DNA of 32,000 nt from Candidatus Harpocratesius repetitus. Lineage in GTDB: Archaea; Asgardarchaeota; Lokiarchaeia; Sigyniarchaeales; Promethearchaeaceae. Within the stretch, counting starts at the first letter, position 1. Each line of letters begins with the position of its first letter. The stretch is from assembly GCA_021498095.1 (NCBI GenBank), contig JAIZWK010000001.1, positions 3,690,001 to 3,722,000 on the forward strand, read 5' to 3'. This document shows positions 18,023-25,913 of the stretch, piece by piece. The position numbers and the translations under genes were made by a program. Under the pieces are notes generated by a model. That model was given only the letters and a program-made list of their open reading frames with translations, made no database searches and was not told the DNA's origin.

Positions 18023-18173
18023 CCGTCAGATTCACATTTTTAAAAAGCATTATTGATAATGGATCTATGAATGTATTTGAGTATTTAAAGCTATTCGTTA
18101 AAAAAAAATAAAAAAGATTCCAGAATTAATTAGTGATTTAAAAATATTTAAGGAATAAATATTAAATTAAAAT

Positions 18174-18929
18174 ATGGATCTCCCAGCAATTCGGAAAACT
18201 TTTTCCATCTCTATTCACGCTCATCGTGGGTATAGTTCAAAATATCCCGAAAACACCTTGTTAGCTTTTGAAAAAGCGATTGAATTGAAAGCAGATTATA
18301 TAGAATTAGATGTTCATTCAACTTCAGATAATAAAATAGTAGTTATTCATGATTATAAAACAGGAAGAGTGGCTTCTAAAGATTTAGTTGTATCTGAGAG
18401 CACTTTAGAGGAATTAAAAGCATTAGATTTTACTCAAGGGCAGAAAATACCTACATTACGCGAAGTTCTGGAGCTTTGTCAAGGTAAAATTGGTATTAAT
18501 ATTGAAATAAAACAAAAAGGGATTACTTCACAGGTCAATGAATTAATAAAGGAATTCAATATGGAGAAAGATATAATTATATCCAGCTTTCTTCACGAAG
18601 AACTCATTAAATTCAAAAAGATTAATCCAGACTTAGTATTTACAACTTTAGAGCCAACAGGAGGAAATATTTGGGCATACCTTTTTAGCATATTTAATAA
18701 AAAGAAGTTTTTGATTAATGCGCAGACAGTAGAAGCTCAAGGGACAAACCCATATTATAAATTTATTAATAAAAAATTTTGTACACAAGCTCATGAATTG
18801 GGATTAACCGTGAATCCGTGGACAATCGATTCTCCAAAAGATTGGGAAAAATTGATTGAAGCAGGTGTTGACAGTATTATTACCAACAATCCTGAAGAAT
18901 TAATTGCTTTTCTAAAAAATCACAATTAA
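18174..18929 (+). CDS. Glycerophosphodiester phosphodiesterase (GDPD, UgpQ/GlpQ family)
   Basis: HRG..PENT, ELDVH.T.D, VIHD, IPTL, NIEIK, WTID and ITNNP. Confidence 0.93.
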   Translation: MDLPAIRKTFSISIHAHRGYSSKYPENTLLAFEKAIELKADYIELDVHSTSDNKIVVIHDYKTGRVASKDLVVSESTLEELKALDFTQGQKIPTLREVLELCQGKIGINIEIKQKGITSQVNELIKEFNMEKDIIISSFLHEELIKFKKINPDLVFTTLEPTGGNIWAYLFSIFNKKKFLINAQTVEAQGTNPYYKFINKKFCTQAHELGLTVNPWTIDSPKDWEKLIEAGVDSIITNNPEELIAFLKNHN

Positions 18930-18995
18930 TCTTGATCACTCTTGATTTCCTCAATGCAGTAAAATATTTTAAGGAATACGCATAGTTGCTGATCA

Positions 18996-19874
18996 ATGAG
19001 CGAACATGAAGTTCAATATTACTCTGCTGAAGAATTAGCTAAAAAATGGGATGATAATCAAGTCGCTTTACCAAAAATTCCATTTTTTTTAATCAACCTT
19101 TATCAATTTATTATGCCTCTTTTTGTTGTTTTATTCTTTATCGCTGGGATTCTTTATTTATATTCTATATTTCAAGTTAGTATTTGGGTTCAAATTCTTT
19201 TAGCACCAGGAATTTTTATGGTTAGCGTTTATCTATTAATATGGTCCATGTCAAAATTCTGTCGTATTCTTAATACTTATTATGATAAAAAAAGTCCTCC
19301 AAAGGAAGGTTTATATTCTCGGGAATTTGATAAAAGAAATGTGGTAGATCCTGCAGTTCATTATTATCATTTGCGAGGATTTATGTATAAATGGCCCGTT
19401 TGGGTATCAAAAAAGTCAATATTCCCTTGGATGGTAAATTATGTCTTGAGGGATATGGCGGGAAATAAAATACATAAAAATGCATATTATGGGGACTCCT
19501 ATGTCTGCTTAGAATTTTCTGAATTAAGCGATGGTGTAGTTATTGAAAATGGAGCAGTAATCTCCAGCCATGTAGTAGATAGTATTTTTGGAAATCTTAC
19601 TGTAAAAAAAGTATTCATGAAAAAAAATGCTGTATTAAATTCAACTGCAGTGATGGCTCCTGGAACAAATATTGATGAAAATTGTGCAGTTGGTCCGCGC
19701 TCTTTTGTACCAAAAAATTGGCAGATCTCAGGAGAAAAATCAGAATTTATTTATGGTGTTCCAAGTAAGTATTTTGATTATAGGAATTTCTTAGACTTAC
19801 TCCCCGAATCATTTCAAACCCAATGGGAAGAAAAGAAAAAAGAATGGATAAATAGTGAAAAAAGCATAAAATGA
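18996..19874 (+). CDS. Membrane protein with C-terminal left-handed beta-helix (acetyltransferase-like) domain
   Basis: Two N-terminal TM helices; hexapeptide-like repeats GVVIENGAVISSH and AVMAPGTNIDENCAVGPRSFV; ends with GVP. Confidence 0.7.
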   Translation: MSEHEVQYYSAEELAKKWDDNQVALPKIPFFLINLYQFIMPLFVVLFFIAGILYLYSIFQVSIWVQILLAPGIFMVSVYLLIWSMSKFCRILNTYYDKKSPPKEGLYSREFDKRNVVDPAVHYYHLRGFMYKWPVWVSKKSIFPWMVNYVLRDMAGNKIHKNAYYGDSYVCLEFSELSDGVVIENGAVISSHVVDSIFGNLTVKKVFMKKNAVLNSTAVMAPGTNIDENCAVGPRSFVPKNWQISGEKSEFIYGVPSKYFDYRNFLDLLPESFQTQWEEKKKEWINSEKSIK

Positions 19875-19920
19875 AATTTGGTAAAAAACAAAAAATGAAT
19901 TCTAAAAGACTGCATATTCT

Positions 19921-20490
19921 TTACATCTTATTAAAATGAGGTGACAAGCGCTCCACTAAGTGTTTCTTGATTCTTTCTAATTTTTCTTTTTCTTCAAAAG
20001 TCAAATTCTGCTTTTTGTCAAATAAATCTTCAACCAATGTCTGTTGGACAATTTCTTCTGGTGACATTTCATCATAAATAGAAAAAGCAATCTTTTTATT
20101 CTCATCTTGCATCAAATCCCGGGAAGCTATAACATTTACTCCTGTTCCAAGAATATCACGAAGTAAAATTTGCCCCATCTTAACTGGAGCTTGACAATAA
20201 TGTTCATTTACTACTTTGATGGCTTTCAAGAGTAATTCTTTAGGAATGGGTTTTTCACTACGAACGGGGATAACGGGTAAAACACCACCTTCTACTCTCA
20301 TAGTTGTAATTAACATCCTTACAGGATGGGTGTACTCTGATTTACCATATACCACTCCCCGAGGGCATTTATTACCAGATACATGTACCTCACCCAATTT
20401 ATCTTCCCAAACAGTTAAGCGACATGAATTCGGACAAACCACACAAACAATTTCTTTCTCATTAATGCGTTCTTCTACAGCTTGTTGCAT
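19921..20490 (-). CDS. DUF1667-family protein (small Cys-containing partner subunit) with C-terminal extension
   Basis: CVVCPNSC, GNKCPRG, HPVRMLITT, PVRSEKPIPK and LGTGVNVIASR; GGAGG SD; 1-nt gap after the upstream gene. Confidence 0.85.
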   Translation of the reverse strand: MQQAVEERINEKEIVCVVCPNSCRLTVWEDKLGEVHVSGNKCPRGVVYGKSEYTHPVRMLITTMRVEGGVLPVIPVRSEKPIPKELLLKAIKVVNEHYCQAPVKMGQILLRDILGTGVNVIASRDLMQDENKKIAFSIYDEMSPEEIVQQTLVEDLFDKKQNLTFEEKEKLERIKKHLVERLSPHFNKM

Positions 20491-20491
20491 A

Positions 20492-21811
20492 TTATTTCTC
20501 CTCCATCATTTGTTTCTCAATTACATTAACAGTTTGTTCTTTTTCTACCACATTAATTTGAAGTTCAGAACCGATTTTATTAATATCAATCTTTGGTATC
20601 AAATGAATCATTTCTGATGGAAGTACAAATCTGTGCCTTTTTGTGTAAATTTCTTTTCCATTTGATATTAAAATTGTCCGAATGTTCGAGCGTGGATTCT
20701 TTACTCTAAAGGAAATTTTCATTTTACCAAGATTATCATAATACTCAATTCTTTCTGGTTTTACATATCCAACATTTTCACCTGGAACCACCCGTATTGG
20801 AGTAGGAAGTTTTTTCTTTCCAGGAAACTGTCCTAAAGCAAATAGACCTGCATTCTTTCCTGCATATTCTGCTTCTTCAGTAACCCAATCTACCAAATCA
20901 TGAACTTGAAGCACATTACCACATGCAAATATTCCAGGAATGGTTGTTTGGAGATATTCATCAATTTCTGGACCTCCATTACCTGAAATTACAGCACCTG
21001 CTTGAGAAGTCAATTCATTTTCTGGAATTAATCCTACACTAAAAAGAATCGTGTCGCAATCGTAGTGTTTCTCTGTTCCAGGAATTGGGCGCCACTTTTC
21101 ATCAATTTGTGCTATTGTAACTCCTTCTACACGCTCTTTTCCTCGGATATCTATAATTGTATGGCGTAAATACAATGGAATATTGTAATCATCTAAGCAC
21201 TGTACCCTATTTCTTACCAGCCCGCTGGGATATGGCAAAACTTCAGCAACAGCTAAAACTTTCATCCCTTCCATAGTACAACGCCTCGCCATAATCATAC
21301 CAATATCTCCACTTCCAAGAATAAGTACTCGATGTCCGGGCAAATAACCTTCAATATTTATGAAACGTTGAGCCTGTCCCGCAGGATATATACCGGCAGG
21401 TCTGGTTCCTGGAATATTGATGGCCCCACGTGTACGCTCCCGACATCCCATAGCAAGAATCACTGCTTTAGCATGAATATGAATTAACCCTTTTTCAGGA
21501 TTAATTACAGTCAAAATTTTCTCAGGAGATATCTGGATCACCATAGTTTTTAACCAAACTTCAATATCACTCTCTTGTACTTCATTAATGAATCGTTGTG
21601 CATATTCTGGTCCAGTAAGTTCTTCTTTAAAATGTTTTAAACCAAATCCATTATGAATACATTGCTGTAAAATTCCACCCAATTCATTATCACGCTCAAG
21701 AATAATTACTTTAGCCCCAACTCGATGAGCTTCAATCGCAGCAGCCATACCTGCAGGACCACCTCCAACTACAGCAACATCTATTTCCAGATTTTTGATT
21801 AATTGGCTCAT
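20492..21811 (-). CDS. NAD(P)/FAD-dependent oxidoreductase (pyridine nucleotide-disulfide family); start revised to ATG 21811
   Basis: GGGPAG, GGILQQCIHNGFG, GCRER, GSGDIG and FACGNVLQVHDLVD. The revised start lies 1 nt after the glpA stop. Confidence 0.9.
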   Translation of the reverse strand: MSQLIKNLEIDVAVVGGGPAGMAAAIEAHRVGAKVIILERDNELGGILQQCIHNGFGLKHFKEELTGPEYAQRFINEVQESDIEVWLKTMVIQISPEKILTVINPEKGLIHIHAKAVILAMGCRERTRGAINIPGTRPAGIYPAGQAQRFINIEGYLPGHRVLILGSGDIGMIMARRCTMEGMKVLAVAEVLPYPSGLVRNRVQCLDDYNIPLYLRHTIIDIRGKERVEGVTIAQIDEKWRPIPGTEKHYDCDTILFSVGLIPENELTSQAGAVISGNGGPEIDEYLQTTIPGIFACGNVLQVHDLVDWVTEEAEYAGKNAGLFALGQFPGKKKLPTPIRVVPGENVGYVKPERIEYYDNLGKMKISFRVKNPRSNIRTILISNGKEIYTKRHRFVLPSEMIHLIPKIDINKIGSELQINVVEKEQTVNVIEKQMMEEK

Positions 21812-21812
21812 T

Positions 21813-23291
21813 TTATAACTGGTCTCCTTGAAATACTTCCGAACATAAATTTTTAGTTCGTTTAAATACAATATGAGAATCTCTTCCAGTTTTTGTTACT
21901 TGTTCATATATCACTCCACGTTCTCTTGAAATAATTTTCATTACTTTGGGTAAGCAGAATCCACCTTGGCATCTACCCATTCCAGGACGTAATCGTCGCT
22001 TGATCATGTCTGTATTGGTTATTGGGATCAAACCATGACATGCTTCTACAATTTCTGCTTCAGTTACCAATTCACATCGACAAATCATGTTCCCCCACTG
22101 GGGATTTTCTTTGATTTTTTCAGCCAACTCTGACTCAGAAAGTTGTGCATACCTAATCTGATTTTTCCTGGTAGGAATATAATTTCTTTTCTCAATAAAT
22201 TTATAACCGCAATCATTTTGTAATATTTTTTCAACATACTCTGCAATTCCTAGAGAAGAAGTTAATCCTGGAGAATCGATTCCCGCAACGTTAACAAATT
22301 GTGATAATTTTGAAACGCCAATAATGAAATCATGGGTTATAGTAGAAGCGCGTATTCCAGCAAAATTTGTAATATGTTTGCGAATGGGCAATTTTTTAAC
22401 TAATTTTAATCCTCCTTGAAGAATTTCATTTAATCCTTGTGTTGTTGTGTTAATTCCCTCTTTAGAATCGATTTCGTTTGCATTAGGTCCAACAAAAAAG
22501 TTATTATGCATTGTTGGTGCAACTACAATTCCTTTTGAAACAACATTTGGCGTAGGAAATATAATTTTATTTAGCTGGAGTGAATTCTTATCAAACATTA
22601 TATATTCCCCTCGACGCGGGATAATATTGAATGAATCATCTCCAATCATTTTTGCAATACTATCAGAATATACACCAGCAGCATTTATTATCGTTTTTGC
22701 TTCTATTTTCTGTCCTTTCACAGAATTAATTTGAAAGATTTGCTTCTCCCGTTTAATATATGCAACCTCAAATCCCAAATGTAGTTTTAATCCATTTATA
22801 ATACTGTGTTCTACCATAGCAATTGTTAGCTCCCATGGAGTAATTATACCAGCATTGGGAAAATGTAAAACTGCTATGACTTGATCATTCAATTGTGGCT
22901 CAATTTCTTGAATTCTATCGCGATCTTGAACTAATTCAACCGCAACATTTCGTTCTCGACTCTCTTTAAATTCTCCTTCTAAAGTCTTTAATTCTTTTTC
23001 ATTTGTTGCACAAAAAATAGCCCCAATTCGCTTGAATTCTACATCTAACTGTGGACAAACCTCATCAAATAATTTATTGCTTCTTAAACTTAAAGATTCT
23101 TTAAGAGAACCTTTGGTGGTAAAATAACCTTGATGAATAATTCCAGAATTTGCCTTTGAAGTCCCCATGGCAACATCTTCCTCTTTTTCTATTAAAACAA
23201 GAGAAAGTTGATATTTTGCCAATCTCTGGGCAATTGCTGCACCAATAACACCACCACCAATTATTGCAATATCGTATGGTTGTTTACTCAT
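21813..23291 (-). CDS. glpA: FAD-dependent glycerol-3-phosphate dehydrogenase-like protein (GlpA/LhgO type) with C-terminal BFD-like [2Fe-2S] domain
   Basis: GGGVIG, TSKANSGIIH, VNVAGIDSPGLT, ICRCE and GMGRCQGGFC; the three-gene order is typical of archaeal/clostridial G3PDH operons. Confidence 0.75.
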   Translation of the reverse strand: MSKQPYDIAIIGGGVIGAAIAQRLAKYQLSLVLIEKEEDVAMGTSKANSGIIHQGYFTTKGSLKESLSLRSNKLFDEVCPQLDVEFKRIGAIFCATNEKELKTLEGEFKESRERNVAVELVQDRDRIQEIEPQLNDQVIAVLHFPNAGIITPWELTIAMVEHSIINGLKLHLGFEVAYIKREKQIFQINSVKGQKIEAKTIINAAGVYSDSIAKMIGDDSFNIIPRRGEYIMFDKNSLQLNKIIFPTPNVVSKGIVVAPTMHNNFFVGPNANEIDSKEGINTTTQGLNEILQGGLKLVKKLPIRKHITNFAGIRASTITHDFIIGVSKLSQFVNVAGIDSPGLTSSLGIAEYVEKILQNDCGYKFIEKRNYIPTRKNQIRYAQLSESELAEKIKENPQWGNMICRCELVTEAEIVEACHGLIPITNTDMIKRRLRPGMGRCQGGFCLPKVMKIISRERGVIYEQVTKTGRDSHIVFKRTKNLCSEVFQGDQL

Positions 23292-23447
23292 AATAGTAAC
23301 CCTTCAATTATTACTAAAAATCGCTAGATCTATTATATAGTTTTGATTCCAAAGAATAGTATGTAATTCACTTTTCTAAATTTTCTTAATTTTTTTTTCA
23401 TTTAGAGCAAAAAAAATGAAAAAAAATGATGAATTTGTCATAGTTAC

Positions 23448-23483
23448 CTATTGCGGAAATACTTCTATTGCGGAAATACTTCT
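23448..23483. repeat. Exact 17-bp tandem duplication (ctattgcggaaatactt x2) in the divergent glpA/malic enzyme intergenic region
   Basis: Copies at 23448-23464 and 23465-23481, plus 2 further matching nt. Confidence 0.9.
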
Positions 23484-23551
23484 TTTAATTTTTGAGAAAA
23501 TAAAAAAAAAATAGTAAAAATCTTCAAAAAGCCCGACCCCTTTTACCCTTT

Positions 23552-24901
23552 ATGGAAAAATTAACAAAAGAACAACTTATTGCCAAATCGAAAGAACCCA
23601 GTAAAAAGGCATTGTTAATGCATCCGTTTTATAAAGGAAAAATGCAAGTATTACCTCGTTGCCAAGTGCAGAATTACGAAGATTTTGGTGTTTGGTATAG
23701 CCCAGGTGTAGCAGCACCATGTTTAGATATAAAAGAGCACCCATTAAACGTATATCAACATACAAGCAAGTGGAATTATGTCGCAGTGGTTTCTGACGGA
23801 ACAAGAGTGCTTGGATTAGGAAATATTGGCCCAGAAGCAGGTCTTCCAGTTATGGAAGGAAAAGCCTTACTCTTTAAATATTTAGGAGGGGTTGATGCTT
23901 TCCCAATGTGTGTTGGACCTGATATGTCCGCAGACAATATCATTCAACTTGTTAAATGGATTCAACCTACCTTTGGAGGAATTAATTTAGAAGATATAGC
24001 AAAACCCAAATGTTTCAAAGTTCTTGATACTCTTCGAAAAGATCCCGATATAAAAATTCCAGTATGGCATGATGACCAACAAGGAACGGCTTGTGTAACT
24101 GTAGCAGGGATGTTAAATGCTATAAAAATTGTCAATAAAAAGAAGAAAGATGTAAGAATTGTATTTAACGGCGTGGGCGCCAGTAACTTCGCAATTCAAA
24201 GATTACTTCAAACTGCAGGATTTGATACTAAAAAAGCAGTGTTTGTGGATTCACGAGGAATATTATTCAAAGATCGCCCAGATTTGATGGATCCCAACAA
24301 TTACAAATTTGAAATTGCCCAAAATAGCAATCCAGAACAAATTCAAGGTACATTACCCGAGGCACTGGAAGGAGCAGATGTATTAATTTCCCTCTCTCGA
24401 CCAGGTCCTGGGATTGTTAAAAAGGATTGGATTTCTAAAATGGCAACAGATCCAATTGTATTTGCATGTGCTAATCCAGTTCCCGAAATTTTTCCATGGG
24501 ATGCAAAAGAAGCAGGTGCAAAAGTTATAGCCACAGGTAGAGCAGATTTTCCAAACCAGGTAAATAATTCAATAGGATTTCCAGGAATTTTCCGAGGAAC
24601 ATTAGATGTTAGAGCAACAACCATATCTGATGAAATGTGCATAGCTGCTGCAGAAGAACTTGCAAAATATGCCGAAGATAAAGGATTACATGAAAATTAC
24701 ATTGTTCCAACTATGGATGATATGGAAGTCTTTATTCGCGAAGCAGTAGCAGTAGGTCAGATGGCAATAAGACAGAATCTTGCAAGAATTCATCTAAGTA
24801 TCGATGAAGCCCGTGAAATCGCGGAAAAATTAATTAGAGACGCTCATAATGCAACTAAAATGTTAATGAAAGAGGGATTTATACCTTCATTCTTTCTATA
24901 G
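23552..24901 (+). CDS. NAD(P)-dependent malic enzyme
   Basis: YSPGVA, VSDGTRVLGLGNIG, MEGKALLFK, GINLEDI, HDDQQGTA, ANPVPE and NQVNN. Confidence 0.95.
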   Translation: MEKLTKEQLIAKSKEPSKKALLMHPFYKGKMQVLPRCQVQNYEDFGVWYSPGVAAPCLDIKEHPLNVYQHTSKWNYVAVVSDGTRVLGLGNIGPEAGLPVMEGKALLFKYLGGVDAFPMCVGPDMSADNIIQLVKWIQPTFGGINLEDIAKPKCFKVLDTLRKDPDIKIPVWHDDQQGTACVTVAGMLNAIKIVNKKKKDVRIVFNGVGASNFAIQRLLQTAGFDTKKAVFVDSRGILFKDRPDLMDPNNYKFEIAQNSNPEQIQGTLPEALEGADVLISLSRPGPGIVKKDWISKMATDPIVFACANPVPEIFPWDAKEAGAKVIATGRADFPNQVNNSIGFPGIFRGTLDVRATTISDEMCIAAAEELAKYAEDKGLHENYIVPTMDDMEVFIREAVAVGQMAIRQNLARIHLSIDEAREIAEKLIRDAHNATKMLMKEGFIPSFFL

Positions 24902-25117
24902 GATTTTATCTTAGAATCTATTTTGGAATAATTACAAGAGTACATTTTTTATTATTTTCAATATTATACTTTAATACTACGTCTTCACCTTTTTTCTGGA
25001 GCGTTACCAAAGATGAAAAGATTTGAAATATTTTTTAAAAATATATCAAAAGACCATCCATATAAACATGAATTATTTAAGGTTACATGAAGGATTTATT
25101 ATATTATAAAGAGAGGT

Positions 25118-25627
25118 GTGGTAGAGGCGGATCTGCAAATGGAAAAAATTAAAGAGAGAGAAATCGGAATAGCAGTATCTCATTATCATCAAAAATTAGG
25201 CCCACAATTCGCCGCTATCGCATTCGATTTCACGATTTTTGACAAACTTGCACAGTATGACATCCTTCAAGACAGTATTTCTTCTAGAACAAAAGATTTA
25301 GCTCTTTTTATCTCCACAAAAAATGGAACAAAATATACAATTAGAATTAAAAAAATAAAAATATTTGATCCTAATGCGAGAGGGAGAGTACAACGTTATG
25401 CGTTGATAATTATATATCCAAGAGAATTGAATGAAGAAAACTTCAAAATTGATGAAATTGTTGAAGACATTACAGAAAAACTAACAAATGGGTTAAGTAT
25501 TAGGCAATCATTAAATGCTTGGCATACATTACTTAATGATCAATATGGAAAAATTGAAAAAAATGATGATCTCAAGATAATTAAAAGATATCGAAGGATA
25601 ACCCATCCTCAATTAGATTTTCTTTAA
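25118..25627 (+). CDS. Stand-alone longin/uDENN-like protein; possible start ATG 25139
   Basis: N-terminal IAVSHYHQKLGP and internal DPNARGRVQRYALIII, the pattern seen in FLCN/SMCR8/NPRL-type longin domains. Confidence 0.6.
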   Translation: MVEADLQMEKIKEREIGIAVSHYHQKLGPQFAAIAFDFTIFDKLAQYDILQDSISSRTKDLALFISTKNGTKYTIRIKKIKIFDPNARGRVQRYALIIIYPRELNEENFKIDEIVEDITEKLTNGLSIRQSLNAWHTLLNDQYGKIEKNDDLKIIKRYRRITHPQLDFL

Positions 25628-25655
25628 AATTGATCCTATTTTTGCTTTTTTTAAG

Positions 25656-25913
25656 CAAAAAACAACAAGAGGAATTCTTGAAATTATTGAAAGAAATGGT
25701 AATTCAGACGATATTCAAGCATTTCTTATGGATAGAAAATTACCAGTCGATGAAATAGAACTCGATGCAATAACTGAGCAAATTTTAAGAAATCCCCCAA
25801 AATTAGGTTATTTGACGATTTCAAATGCTTTACAATGGAAATTACAATATAAAAGAGTAATTAGTATTGAAGAAAATATAGAAGGATTAGTGAAAATCTA
25901 TGATCATAAATAA
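25656..25913 (+). pseudogene. 5'-truncated type II restriction endonuclease remnant (C-terminal about 85 codons)
   Basis: The frame is open upstream of ATG 25728 back to TAG 25614 and reads ..TTRGILEIIERNGNSDDIQAFLMDRKLP..PPKLGYLTISNALQWKLQY. I recall this as the C-terminus of a MTase-linked endonuclease family. It overlaps the MTase start by 14 nt. Confidence 0.6.

Noticed and set aside
137-19874. Selenocysteine read-through at TGA-ended genes (hutI, 1928, 6055, 11677, 17747, 19874)
   Set aside because: Each protein appears complete at the TGA or meets another stop or a convergent gene soon after; no Cys-equivalent context.
20492-21871. Track start at 21871 for the oxidoreductase
   Set aside because: It would overlap glpA by 59 nt; ATG 21811 gives a 1-nt gap and places the Rossmann motif at the usual N-terminal position.
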